DNA of 64,000 nt from an uncultured Eubacteriales bacterium (GTDB lineage: Bacteria; Actinomycetota; Coriobacteriia; Anaerosomatales; PHET01). The translations under genes were made by a program, and so were the position numbers. The notes beneath the pieces were generated by a model. It had not been told where the DNA came from and made no database searches. It saw only the letters and a program-made list of their open reading frames with translations. The DNA lies in NCBI GenBank assembly GCA_964492775.1, contig CAZBLH010000003.1, forward strand, positions 28,572 to 92,571, in the 5' to 3' direction. Within the stretch, counting starts at the first letter, position 1; each line of letters starts with the position of its first letter. Below, piece by piece: positions 30,236 through 39,784 of the stretch.

Positions 30236-31158
30236 GACCGGCCGCCTCTGCGCATGGTGAGCGACGCAACCCGAGCGGCGACCGGCCGCAAGGCATTTGA
30301 GCTCACATGCATGGCTTCAGAAACCCACTCGCCGGCTCGCTCGCCAAGTACCCGGGCCACGGCGTTCTTGACCGCGGTGCGCCGCAGGTAGATCCACTCG
30401 TCCTGCCGAGCGCGCGCGATCGCCGCGCGCGCCGCCACTGCCTGTTCCGGCGAGAAGGTCCCGTCGTCGATCAGGCGCTGGTAGATGGCGAGCCGCGACT
30501 CGAACAGCTTCACGACATCGGCCGTCATCTGACACTCGCTCGCGTAGAACACCGCAAGCATCTGCGGCGTGTAGCGGTGCCGAGCGCCGGACGCGAGCGC
30601 CCGCAACCAGAAATCGACGTCCTCACAGTAGACGTCGGGCCGGATGCCGCCGACCCGCTCGAACAGCTCCCGCGAGAAGACGGCGATCGTGAAGATGTGC
30701 GTGGCCTGAAGCATCTCCTCGAGCGTGAACGAGCGCTCGACCTGGTAGAACGCGCCAGGCCTCGCGAGCCGGCGCGTGCCATCAGGGTTAACGTGCCATC
30801 CGTTGCAGCTGTAGATGTCGTAACCCGGCCTCGCCCGGATGAACTCGTCCATCCGGGCGAGGTATTCGGGCAGCAGTTCGTCGTCGGCGTCGAACCGGAC
30901 GACGTACTCGCCGCTGGACACGCGCACGGCGGTGTCCCGGGCGGCTCCGCACCCGGCGTTTTCCTGGCGCACGAGCCGGATGCGGCCGTCACGCTCGGCG
31001 TACGCCGACACAACCTCGGCGGTAGCGTCGACCGAGCCGTCGTCGGTGACGACGAGCTCCCAGTCCTCGAAGGTCTGCGCGAGGACGCTGTCGAGCGCAC
31101 GCGGGAGCGTCGCGGCCGCATTGAATGCGGGCATCGCTATCGAGAAGCGCGGGCTCAC
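30232..31158 (-). CDS. Glycosyltransferase family 2
   Basis: 308 aa. FSIAMPAFNAA...VVTDDGSVD...FDADD. 4-nt overlaps at both ends. Confidence 0.85.
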   Translation of the reverse strand: MSPRFSIAMPAFNAAATLPRALDSVLAQTFEDWELVVTDDGSVDATAEVVSAYAERDGRIRLVRQENAGCGAARDTAVRVSSGEYVVRFDADDELLPEYLARMDEFIRARPGYDIYSCNGWHVNPDGTRRLARPGAFYQVERSFTLEEMLQATHIFTIAVFSRELFERVGGIRPDVYCEDVDFWLRALASGARHRYTPQMLAVFYASECQMTADVVKLFESRLAIYQRLIDDGTFSPEQAVAARAAIARARQDEWIYLRRTAVKNAVARVLGERAGEWVSEAMHVSSNALRPVAARVASLTMRRGGRS

Positions 31159-32144
31159 GGGCGCCGCCCTTTGCGGCGAGCTCGCTCGGCAAGCGCGATC
31201 CTAAGCGGTTGCACGATGCCTTTGACCCGGTTCGCAGCCCGGATCACCGAATCCCCGGCGCGCCTGCCGAACACGCGGTAGACGCCGGCCTTGAAACGCC
31301 TGGCCTGGGCATCCGTGTACTCGGCGACGGTCGTGCCGTCCTCCTCGAGCTGACGAATGCGCTCACGGAACCGCTCGATCGACTTGGTGGCAAGCGCCTT
31401 CTCGCGCTCGCCGAACGTCCCGTCGGCAGAGAGTTCCTCGAGAATGTCGATGTAGGACAGGAACGACGGAATCGGGTCCTCATTCATCCGGCCGGACAGC
31501 TCCATCGTGTACAGGTAGATGTGCTCGGGCACGTAGCGGTGCCTCGCGCCAGCCGCGAGCGCGCGCAGCCACAGGTCGTAGTCCTCGCAGCGCACGTGAG
31601 GCCGAAAGCCACCCAGGCGCTCGAGAGTGCTACGACGGATCGTGGCCGCGCCACCAAAGATCCAGCAGTCCTCGATGAGATCGTCGACCGTGAGTGAGAG
31701 CGAGCGCAGATACTTCGGGTCGTTCAGAGCCTCTCGCCGGGTGCCGTCTGGGTAGACCTTGTAGCCCGTCGCCGAGTAGATGTCGTAGCCCGGCTCCGCA
31801 TCGATTGCGCTCGAGAGCACCGAGAGCGCGTCAGGAGTCAGGGCGTCGTCAGCGTCAATCTTCGTGACGAACTCCCCGCAGGCGACGGCCGCTCCCGCCT
31901 GGCGCGCTCCCGCACATCCGGCGTTTCGCTGCGTGAGCACGCTCACTCGCTGGTCGGTGCGCTCCCACCCGCGCGCGATCGACAACGTGTCGTCCGCCGA
32001 GCCGTCGTCGACCACGATGAGCTCGAAGTCCCGGCAGCTCTGCGACAACACGCTTTCGACTGCCCGCGCAAGCGTCCCTGCGGCGTTGTACGCGGGCATT
32101 ACCAGCGAGAAGCGCGGCGAGGAGCCGTGGTCGGATGCGGTCAC
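31155..32144 (-). CDS. Glycosyltransferase family 2
   Basis: 329 aa. FSLVMPAYNAAGTL...IVVDDGSADDT...IDADD. It is a paralog of the neighbouring GT2. Confidence 0.85.
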   Translation of the reverse strand: MTASDHGSSPRFSLVMPAYNAAGTLARAVESVLSQSCRDFELIVVDDGSADDTLSIARGWERTDQRVSVLTQRNAGCAGARQAGAAVACGEFVTKIDADDALTPDALSVLSSAIDAEPGYDIYSATGYKVYPDGTRREALNDPKYLRSLSLTVDDLIEDCWIFGGAATIRRSTLERLGGFRPHVRCEDYDLWLRALAAGARHRYVPEHIYLYTMELSGRMNEDPIPSFLSYIDILEELSADGTFGEREKALATKSIERFRERIRQLEEDGTTVAEYTDAQARRFKAGVYRVFGRRAGDSVIRAANRVKGIVQPLRIALAERARRKGRRP

Positions 32145-33991
32145 TGCGCCAGCATCTCCTCGGCACGCGTGATGTACGCCTCGGTGGCCGGATACGTGGC
32201 GCCAAGAGCCCGAGCACGAGCGATGCGCTCCGGCAGCGAGGCCGTATCACCCGTCACAATTGCGAGGTGCAGCTGCTCGGCGGCGAGGGAGGGCAAATCC
32301 GGGACAGCCTCCTCGGCGCGCTCGAGCAGGCCGCGCTCCCACGAGAAGTCGGTCTCGCCGAGCGACTCACCCTGACCCATGCCGAACGCCGCGAACTGCA
32401 CCAGGTTAGGCGCGAAGCCGGTGATGTATCCGGGAGCCGCATCCACGGAGGCACGCGCGGCGGCGAGTTCGTCCGAGGTCGCGGCGCCAATGAGCGCGAG
32501 ATCGATCCGGCGGCGCTCGTTCAGCGGCTCACCGGGGATGATACGAGCCGCACGCTCGACGCGCGCGACGTCGTCGGCAAGGCTTCCCTGGCCGGCGATC
32601 TGGCCGGCATCAAGCCCGAAGCCGCGCCACACGCCGTAGCCCCCGAGTGCGACCGCTAACACGAGCGCCACCCAGCGAAGCGCTCCAGATGCACCGAGCT
32701 CACGCTCACCCGCCGAAGAATGCGCTGGAGCAGCGATGGCAAACCCGCCGACGACGACGCCCAGCAGCCCTGAGGCAAAATGCACCGGTGTGACCATGAG
32801 CGAGAACAGGTACGCGGCGAAGCCGACCGCGAGACCGAGCCGCACGGTGTTCGCAGGTGAGTGAGGCGCCGGCGCAACCAACTCAGCCACTCGGCGAGTC
32901 CAGATCACGAGCAGTGCGACGAGAGCGGCCATGCCGAGCAACCCGAGGCGCGTGAGCGCCTCCCAGAGCAGCGAGTGCGGCGAGGGGGCGCTGAAGGCGG
33001 TCGGATCGCTACCGGCCCCCGCGATGTAGGCGAACACGCCGGGGTCGTACCGGTCGACCGCGAAGAACCGGTACCCTGCCGGGCCGAACCCGAGCACAGG
33101 CCGCTCGGCGACCATGCGCTGTGCGCCCTCCCAAAGGTACAGGCGCGTAGCCACTGTCTGCTCGGCGCCCGCGCCCTTCTCGGCATCGATGAGCCACGAC
33201 CCCAGGGCCGGGACCTGCACCAGCACGATCACCACGCACGCGAGTGCCAGGACCGCCGCCGCTGAGACGCGTAGCGCGCGGTGCCACGAAGTCGGCACGG
33301 GCAGCAGCTGCGGCCCCGCGACGCACGTGAGAAGCAACCCCATGCCGAGCATGAAGATCGCCGAGAGCCCCGCCGCCGCGTAGGCGAGGCCGAGCGCCAT
33401 GCCGAGTGCCAGGAGGTCGTAGGCGAGCGGGCGCTCCGAGGTCCTCGCCAGGCCGAGCGACACGAAGATGAGCGGCGCGAGGGCGGGTACCGAGTAGGCC
33501 GGGCTGCCGAAGGTGGTCACGAAGCCCTGGGTCCAGCGCCAGACGACCATCACCGCGATCAGCGCCGCGCCGGCGTACACGGTCCAGCGCATCGCTTCGC
33601 GCGTGTGCTCGCCCAGCGGGAAGCATGCAGCTACGAGAAAGACCGCCGGGTACGCGAGCCATAGCACGCCCGGCATCTCCCCGTAGAGATCGAACAGCGC
33701 CTGCTGCACAGGAAAGACGTTGCTCGCGAGCGAGAAGGCAGCCACCGCGAGCAGCCCTGCGATCCCAGCAAGCACGGAGCGCCTCGGCAGGCGCAGACGC
33801 GGTGCGAGCCACGCGGCAGCCGCGATCCACACCCCTGCTGTCACGAGATGCAGCGCCTGGGCGGCAGGCTGCGCCGGCAGGGTCACGACAAGCCATGCGC
33901 CAGGCGACAGGAACGCCGCGAGGACGAGCAGGGTGACGAGCCGGGGATCGAGACGCGGGCCGGAGTTGGACGGAGCTTTAGCCATGTTCAC
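32141..33991 (-). CDS. Wzy_C (O-antigen ligase-like) polytopic membrane protein with soluble C-terminal domain
   Basis: 616 aa. The Wzy_C core is RLYLWEGAQRMVAERPVLGFGPAGY...PSPHSLLWEALTRLGLLG. It has more than 10 TM helices. Confidence 0.78.
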   Translation of the reverse strand: MNMAKAPSNSGPRLDPRLVTLLVLAAFLSPGAWLVVTLPAQPAAQALHLVTAGVWIAAAAWLAPRLRLPRRSVLAGIAGLLAVAAFSLASNVFPVQQALFDLYGEMPGVLWLAYPAVFLVAACFPLGEHTREAMRWTVYAGAALIAVMVVWRWTQGFVTTFGSPAYSVPALAPLIFVSLGLARTSERPLAYDLLALGMALGLAYAAAGLSAIFMLGMGLLLTCVAGPQLLPVPTSWHRALRVSAAAVLALACVVIVLVQVPALGSWLIDAEKGAGAEQTVATRLYLWEGAQRMVAERPVLGFGPAGYRFFAVDRYDPGVFAYIAGAGSDPTAFSAPSPHSLLWEALTRLGLLGMAALVALLVIWTRRVAELVAPAPHSPANTVRLGLAVGFAAYLFSLMVTPVHFASGLLGVVVGGFAIAAPAHSSAGERELGASGALRWVALVLAVALGGYGVWRGFGLDAGQIAGQGSLADDVARVERAARIIPGEPLNERRRIDLALIGAATSDELAAARASVDAAPGYITGFAPNLVQFAAFGMGQGESLGETDFSWERGLLERAEEAVPDLPSLAAEQLHLAIVTGDTASLPERIARARALGATYPATEAYITRAEEMLAQ

Positions 33992-34069
33992 ATTCTACCG
34001 CACGAACAGGCGTTTTCGGGTATCGAGTGGTAACATGAGAAGGTTAGACTGGCCGGCTAGGAGTCGCCC

Positions 34070-35977
34070 GTGTCCGCTGCCCATAAGACGTCCTGGATCG
34101 CGCTCCTGTGTGTGATGGTCGCCGTCCCCACTGTCGTAGGCACTCTGCCGTTCGGGTACCAGTTCATGCTAAGCCCGTTCTCTTCCCCTGCAGTGCTTAT
34201 CCTCGGAGTTGGAGCCGCAGTATCCGTCATCGCCTGGGCCGTCGCGTGCCTTCGCGGAGAACTCGGATACCGACACCACTCGCTTATGCCCGTGGTGGGC
34301 ATCTTCGCCCTGATGGCGGGCCTCTCCACCCTCTTCTCGCTGGACCGCGACTACGCGTTCTTCGGCGACGGCGACGATCTGAACGGCCTCGCCGTGTACG
34401 TGCTCTGTGCTCTGCTTGTGCCCGTCACGGCCAGCCTCTGTTCGGGCTCACGGAGGATCCGGTCGCTCACGACCGCGGTGATCGCTTCGGGTGTAGTGGT
34501 GGGAGCTATCGCACTTCTCCAGCAGCTGTTCGGCGCTGACATCTTCCGCGAGATAGCCGCGGATCAAGTCGCCGAACTCGGCTGGCTGATATCGCAGGGC
34601 GCCTCGACTCTCGGCAACCCCGACTTCACCGGCACCTTCCTCGTGGCGCCGGCAGTGCTCGCGATCGCCCGCGCAATCGCATCCGATACGCGCGATCCGG
34701 CCGCCGCAGCCGTCGAGATCGCCCCTGCCGCCGTCATCTCGGGGGCGCTCGTCCTGACGCTGACCCGCGGGGCATGGCTCGGCCTCGCAGCGGGCGTTGG
34801 AGTGCTGCTCGCGATCACCATCGTCCGCAGCGGCAAGTCGGCTGCGCACCTGCGGCGCGTGGCCATCGCCGGCGCCATCACCCTTGCTGCGGTACTCGCC
34901 CTCGGGGGCTCCGAGATCCTCCGGCGCTTCCGAGAGCTCGCCGAGGGCGGTCTCGCAGGGCTCGCCGGACGCACGATCATCTGGTCCGAGACGCTGCGCA
35001 TGATCGCCGAGCGTCCCCTTTTGGGCACCGGCCCTGCTGCGTTCAGGCTCGGCTGGTACCAGGCACGCGAGGTTGCGGGCCTGATCGTCTCGGCTGACGC
35101 CTTCGCCACCGACGCGCACAACTACCCGCTCATGCTCGCGGCGACCATGGGCATCCCCGCCGCCGTCGCGCTCCTGTACGTGTGGATCCACGCGCTGGTG
35201 GACTCGAGGCGCCTCGTTTGGGGCGGCGAGGCCAAGGGGTCGATCGACTATCAGGGCTGGTGGGCCGCATCGCTCGCGCTTGCGGTCGCGCTTCTGACCG
35301 GCGTCGCCACCACGCCGGTGGTGCTACTGGTTTTCGTGGGGATTGGCGTGCTCCTGTCGCCTCTCGCGTCGCCTCCGGCCTCCTCCCCCGGCAGGCAAGC
35401 CGCGATTTCGTACCCGGCGGCCGCGATCGCGCTCGCGGCGCTTGTCGCGACCGGCGCGCAGGGGTGGGCGCATGTCGCCGCGCGCTCGGCGCTGAACGAG
35501 TCTCCGCAGGCGCTGTCCCAAGTGGCCGCATCGGTTCCGTGGAACGGCCACCTCGGGCTTCTCGCCGCGCAGCTGGAGGCCGCCGCGGCGCAGCAGGCCT
35601 TCGTCACCTCCGAAGACGGGCGCGACACCCTCGCGCGAGTCTTCGGACCACCCGCCGAGCGGCATCCGAACGATCCCGAGTTCGCGGCCTCATGGGCTGT
35701 CCAGCTTTTCATCGCCGGGGAAACGTTGGGCGATCGGGACTTGTTCACTGAGGGCCTCGAGGTCTCCGAGCGGGCGGTGAGGCTCTACCCGAACTCGCTC
35801 CGGCTGCGTACCGACCGCGCGCGGGCGTTGATCGCGTCTGGGCAGCCCGAGAAGGCGCTTGAGGAACTCCAGCGGTTCAGGGAGCTTGACGCTAGCGCGC
35901 CCGATGTCGGTGTGGTGCGCGGTTTGATCGACGATGCTGAGGCGGCCGCCTCCGGGGAGACGACCACGACGCCCTAG
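34070..35977 (+). CDS. Wzy_C (O-antigen ligase-like) polytopic membrane protein with C-terminal TPR-like domain
   Basis: 635 aa. LTRGAWLGL...GRTIIWSETLRMIAERPLLGTGPAAF...DAHNYPLML. The C-terminal 170 aa or so are helical repeats. It is divergent from 32141..33991 across a 78-bp spacer. Confidence 0.78.
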   Translation: MSAAHKTSWIALLCVMVAVPTVVGTLPFGYQFMLSPFSSPAVLILGVGAAVSVIAWAVACLRGELGYRHHSLMPVVGIFALMAGLSTLFSLDRDYAFFGDGDDLNGLAVYVLCALLVPVTASLCSGSRRIRSLTTAVIASGVVVGAIALLQQLFGADIFREIAADQVAELGWLISQGASTLGNPDFTGTFLVAPAVLAIARAIASDTRDPAAAAVEIAPAAVISGALVLTLTRGAWLGLAAGVGVLLAITIVRSGKSAAHLRRVAIAGAITLAAVLALGGSEILRRFRELAEGGLAGLAGRTIIWSETLRMIAERPLLGTGPAAFRLGWYQAREVAGLIVSADAFATDAHNYPLMLAATMGIPAAVALLYVWIHALVDSRRLVWGGEAKGSIDYQGWWAASLALAVALLTGVATTPVVLLVFVGIGVLLSPLASPPASSPGRQAAISYPAAAIALAALVATGAQGWAHVAARSALNESPQALSQVAASVPWNGHLGLLAAQLEAAAAQQAFVTSEDGRDTLARVFGPPAERHPNDPEFAASWAVQLFIAGETLGDRDLFTEGLEVSERAVRLYPNSLRLRTDRARALIASGQPEKALEELQRFRELDASAPDVGVVRGLIDDAEAAASGETTTTP

Positions 35978-35980
35978 CTG

Positions 35981-37252
35981 CTACCGCCTGTCAGGGTGGC
36001 ACATCGCGCAGGTGTTCGGGAACCACTTCTGCTTGTTGTGGCAGTCCTCGCAGCTGTTCACCGGCTGCCGCTGATGCTCTTCGCGCCAGCTACCGTCCTC
36101 GGAGTGCAGCGGCATGTCGAACTCGTGGCATCCGGCCCGGTAGCAGGAGCGTCGCTGCTCGGTGTGGCACTTGAAGCAGGTCTGTCCGCCGTTGTCCCAC
36201 AGGTCGACGGCAGCATCACGCATGTGACTGGTCACGTACTCGGCGGCATGTGGGAGCCTGACACCATGGCAGCTGTCACACGGGGCGGGATCATGGCAGC
36301 TGTAGCAGTCGGGGTTGAGCACGAGCTGGCGCGGCTCGGGATTCTGCTCGCTCCGGCGCCCCACGGCGGCCCGGCTCACATCGCCCGTATGGCACGTCTC
36401 GCAGCCTCCGGGAGCCTGATCGCCATCGTGGCAACGCAGACACGGGCCCATGCCCTCGATGACGCCGGTGACGTGCTGGTTGGAGTCGAGCAGGTGGCAG
36501 TCTTGGCAGGTCGCCCCCGCCTCAAGCGGCTCGCGATGCGACATCTGCAACGCGCGTTCCGGGTTCTCGGTGATACCCGTCAGGACCGCCGAATGGCACC
36601 GGGTGCAACCGCGCGACGTGCTCGCCCCGTAGCTGCCTGAGGGGTTCTCGGCGAACATCGCGCTCGTGATGTGGACCACACGGGGCGCCACCGAGATGGT
36701 GACGGCGGCCACGGGGTTGCCGGCTTCATGGCACCGGACGCAGGTCACGGAGGCGTGAGGGTCGGCGTCGGCCGCTGTCACGTGATCCGTGTCGTTGTGG
36801 CACGAGGTGCACACTGAGCGGCTCTGGGTGGTGACGCCGGTGGCGATGATGAGGAAGGCAGCCACGAACGCGGCCCACAGGAACCTCTTGTGGAAGCGCA
36901 GGGGGTCCTTCACCCGCTCGGCGGCGCGCACGGTCGACGGCGCGACCACGGCGCCCTCGCCCGCCCCCTGCAGCTCCTCGGATACCAGCACACGGGTGCC
37001 GTCTTCCCGAATGAGTACCTGGACCTCTTCTTCTTCCCTGACTCGCATCAGGAGCGCGACAACGCTCATGATCACCATCAGCAGGACCACGACGACGATC
37101 ACGGCCATGACGATAGCGGCCGGCTTGTTGCTGGCCGGGTCCCTCACGATTCCGAGGATTGTCGGCCAGAGGTTTTCGAAGAACTCCCGGTCAGGCACGC
37201 GGATCTCTGCAGTCGACAGAAGCTCAAACAGCTCCCTGAGACCGTCCATCAC
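35981..37252 (-). CDS. Membrane-anchored multiheme cytochrome c, 12 heme-binding motifs
   Basis: 423 aa with two hydrophobic helices (about aa 44-68 and 125-140). It has 11 CXXCH motifs plus one CX4CH (CYRAGCH). The start is GTG 37252 (GTGA overlap) or ATG 37249 (TGATG). Confidence 0.88.
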   Translation of the reverse strand: MMDGLRELFELLSTAEIRVPDREFFENLWPTILGIVRDPASNKPAAIVMAVIVVVVLLMVIMSVVALLMRVREEEEVQVLIREDGTRVLVSEELQGAGEGAVVAPSTVRAAERVKDPLRFHKRFLWAAFVAAFLIIATGVTTQSRSVCTSCHNDTDHVTAADADPHASVTCVRCHEAGNPVAAVTISVAPRVVHITSAMFAENPSGSYGASTSRGCTRCHSAVLTGITENPERALQMSHREPLEAGATCQDCHLLDSNQHVTGVIEGMGPCLRCHDGDQAPGGCETCHTGDVSRAAVGRRSEQNPEPRQLVLNPDCYSCHDPAPCDSCHGVRLPHAAEYVTSHMRDAAVDLWDNGGQTCFKCHTEQRRSCYRAGCHEFDMPLHSEDGSWREEHQRQPVNSCEDCHNKQKWFPNTCAMCHPDRR

Positions 37253-38205
37253 TGGGCATCACCCCCAAGCGAGACGGCGCCGCCCGGGTGCACGTGCTTC
37301 TCGTGGCAGGTAGTGCAGTCCTGCTCGGCATGGCAGCGCGAGCAAGACTCGTCGCCCTGTTCGCGCACGAGAGCGCTGTGTTCCTGGACGAACGCATTGG
37401 GGTGCGGCATCTCAAGGGTGTGACAGTCGTTGCAGAACTTCTGCTCGTGGCAGTCGCCACACTGGGCGCCGTTCGTCTGCGAGGTGGGGCCATGCAGTTC
37501 GAAGAACTTACTGTCGTGCGGTACCCCGGCACCGTGGCAGCGCGTGCAGTAGTCCTGCGGGTGACAGGCGCCGCACGTGGACATCGCGCCCATACCGTGA
37601 GTCGTTTCCCAGTTCGGGCCATGGGTGATCGCCCAGGGGCCGGTCGTGGGACGACGGCGGGAGTCGGCCGCCTGCGTATGGCAGGTCTCACACGAGGTAG
37701 AAACCTGCTTGACCTCGTGGCAGCGCAGGCACATGTCCATATGATAGGTGGTCGGCCACTTGATCGACTCGGCATGCGCGACGGTCGAGTGGCAGTCGGT
37801 GCACGCCGAGCCTTCTGCGCAAGACTCGTGCCGGATCCGAAGGCCGCGGGCATCGATAACGCCGGGCAGCTTCTCGTGACAGCTCCTGCAGGCAGCGTCG
37901 TCGACTCCGGCAACCGAGCTTCCCTGGGTATGGAGCACCGGAAGGGTCATGGCGTACGCCTGATAGAAGCCGAACTGCAGTCGCTCAGAGAGGCCCCTGC
38001 CGATGTGGCAGTCCTGGCAAGACGCCTCAGTGCCCGCGTGCGCGGCGACGTCAACCTCGGCGACCAGCCCCCTGCCTTCGTGGCATGAGACGCATCCCAC
38101 CGGAGCCGCGGCAAAGACGACGGGAAGCCCGGCGAACAGCACGAACGCGGCGACGAGCGCCCAAGGCGCCCACCGGACTATGCGTCGCGTAATCTCGGGA
38201 TTCAC
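37249..38205 (-). CDS. Membrane-anchored NapC/NirT/NrfH-like multiheme cytochrome c, 12 CXXCH motifs
   Basis: 318 aa. An N-terminal TM helix is immediately followed by CVSCHE, and there are 12 CXXCH in total (about one per 26 aa). GTG start with AGGAG 5 nt upstream. Confidence 0.88.
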   Translation of the reverse strand: MNPEITRRIVRWAPWALVAAFVLFAGLPVVFAAAPVGCVSCHEGRGLVAEVDVAAHAGTEASCQDCHIGRGLSERLQFGFYQAYAMTLPVLHTQGSSVAGVDDAACRSCHEKLPGVIDARGLRIRHESCAEGSACTDCHSTVAHAESIKWPTTYHMDMCLRCHEVKQVSTSCETCHTQAADSRRRPTTGPWAITHGPNWETTHGMGAMSTCGACHPQDYCTRCHGAGVPHDSKFFELHGPTSQTNGAQCGDCHEQKFCNDCHTLEMPHPNAFVQEHSALVREQGDESCSRCHAEQDCTTCHEKHVHPGGAVSLGGDAQ

Positions 38206-38314
38206 TCGTCTCCTAAGAAGACTGCTCAGACTTCGTAAGAATCAACAGAAGTATAGCAAACAACATGCCCTGAAAGAGCAGCTCGATATCTGCTGCCCGA
38301 CGACCCGGAACGCA

Positions 38315-38345
38315 GAACGGGCCGACCCGAAGGGCCGACCCGTTC
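38315..38345 (-). terminator. GC-rich hairpin after the 7-heme cytochrome gene
   Basis: GAACGGGCCGACCC-GAA-GGGCCGACCCGTTC is an imperfect 14-bp stem with 2 mismatches. It lies about 40 nt downstream of the stop at 38386. There is no U-tract. Confidence 0.45.
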
Positions 38346-38385
38346 TCACAGGCACCGATCGGTACCTGGGCCTTACTGGTTGACG

Positions 38386-39645
38386 CTACTTCGTGGCGAA
38401 GTTGAGCGCCGCGGACCCACCGTGCGATCCGGTATCCTGCAGGCCGTGCCTGGGCCAGTACTTGTAGCCGTGGCACTTCAGGCAGGTACCGTCGTTGATG
38501 TTGCCGGCGTGACCATCGTGGAAGCCAGCGGCGTCGTCGATGACCTTGCGGCTCGGGTTGGTGGTACCGGTGGCAGACGGAGCGCCAGCGGTGTCACGCA
38601 TGGTCGCGTCGCCCGCATACATCCAGAGGTTGCCGCTTTCAACGGTCCTCTCGCTCGGCGAGCCGTCGGCCTCGGTCTCCAGGACGACGATGTTGCGGTT
38701 GGCGTGCGGGAAAGCACTCGAGTTGGTGGCCTTGCCCTTCATGTCGTGGCACGCGGCGCACTTGTTGTCGTTGGTCACGTGGCACGGACCGCAGCCGGAA
38801 GGCATGTTGGTGATGTGGCCGGTCATGACCTGGTCGAGCGTGGTGCTCGCCGCAGGCTTCGAAGCGCGAAGCTCGCCGTAGCCATGCTTGTTGACCGCGA
38901 ACTGCGAGGAGCTGTGGCAGCCGGCGGCGCCACACGTGTAGCCGGTGGCCATGGCCTTGGCAGTCGCGATGTCCTGAGGGGCGGTGCCGAGACCGTTGAA
39001 GAAGGTCGTGCCGTTGATCGCGGCGTAGGTCGCGTGCTTGTTCGAACCACCAGCGCCCGCGCCGGTGCTCTCGCTGACGTTACCAGCGCCGAACGCCTCC
39101 AAGATCGCGAGGTCGTTGCGGTTGGTCAGGTTCAGGGCATTGATCGCGCCGAACAGGGACGTGGTTCCGCCGTGAACGCCAGCGTGGCAGGCGCCCAGGC
39201 ACTGGAAGCTCGAGTGCGGGCCACTACCGGTCGGCGCCCACTCGACGAGAGCGGTCGACACGGGGTTGGAGCCCGACGGGGTGTGGCATGCGACGCATGC
39301 CTGGGCACCCGGGGTGAGCTTCCAGTACGTACCGACACCAGCGGCGGTCAGGTCGGACTGCGCGCGGTGGGCCGAGTGACACACGGCACACTTGGTGGTG
39401 TTGACGGCGTAGCCGCCGTGCGGGGTGTCGCCGTTGACGCTCGTGCCGCCGTTGTAGTTGGCCGAAATCGCGTTGGCGCCCTGCCAGGACAGATAGCCCG
39501 GTGCCGCGTTAACGGTGGAGGTCGCCGGGTCGCCGGCGAGGACGGGGTTGTTGTAGGCGTATCCAGCGTACTTCGCGAACGCGACCGTGCTGAAGGAAAG
39601 GACGAAGACGGCAGCGAGGGCGAAGACGAAGAGAGTCTTCTTCAT
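38386..39645 (-). CDS. Secreted multiheme cytochrome c, 7 heme motifs (paralog 1)
   Basis: ATG 39645 has AAGGAG upstream. An alternative ATG at 39693 has AAAGGAGG upstream. Sec signal peptide MKKTLFVFALAAVFVLSFSTVAFA|KYAGY. Motifs are CAVCH, CVACH, CLGACH (CX3CH), CGAAGCH (CX4CH), CGPCH, CAACH and CLKCH. The first pair resembles the doubled-CXXCH domain. Confidence 0.88.
   Translation of the reverse strand: MKKTLFVFALAAVFVLSFSTVAFAKYAGYAYNNPVLAGDPATSTVNAAPGYLSWQGANAISANYNGGTSVNGDTPHGGYAVNTTKCAVCHSAHRAQSDLTAAGVGTYWKLTPGAQACVACHTPSGSNPVSTALVEWAPTGSGPHSSFQCLGACHAGVHGGTTSLFGAINALNLTNRNDLAILEAFGAGNVSESTGAGAGGSNKHATYAAINGTTFFNGLGTAPQDIATAKAMATGYTCGAAGCHSSSQFAVNKHGYGELRASKPAASTTLDQVMTGHITNMPSGCGPCHVTNDNKCAACHDMKGKATNSSAFPHANRNIVVLETEADGSPSERTVESGNLWMYAGDATMRDTAGAPSATGTTNPSRKVIDDAAGFHDGHAGNINDGTCLKCHGYKYWPRHGLQDTGSHGGSAALNFATK
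38471..38764 (-). repeat. Near-identical nucleotide block shared by cytochrome paralogs 1 and 2 (C-terminal coding part)
   Basis: 38471..38764 aligns without gaps to 40052..40345. By eye, roughly nine of ten positions are identical. Weaker similarity continues to about 38950/40530. Confidence 0.85.
39169..39439 (-). repeat. Second near-identical block shared by cytochrome paralogs 1 and 2 (doubled-CXXCH region)
   Basis: 39169..39439 aligns to 40789..41066 with one 6-nt indel. A more diverged copy lies at about 55400..55700 in paralog 3. Confidence 0.85.
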
Positions 39646-39755
39646 GCTTGTTACTCCTTGTAGAGTCGAAGTAGAGATAGAAGTCTTTTGCATTCTTGCA
39701 CCTCCTTTCCAGACATGAATTTCTGACGGAACACACACAATTTCCATCACGGTAG

Positions 39756-39784
39756 ATACTACAGGCTCAAACGGCCGGGTGCAA
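39756..39784 (-). promoter_or_regulatory. Candidate sigma70-type promoter for cytochrome paralog 1 inside an AT-richer 336-bp spacer
   Basis: The minus strand reads TTGCAC-17 nt-TAGTAT, about 100 nt upstream of the start codon. The spacer 39646..39981 is visibly less GC-rich than its surroundings. Confidence 0.3.
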
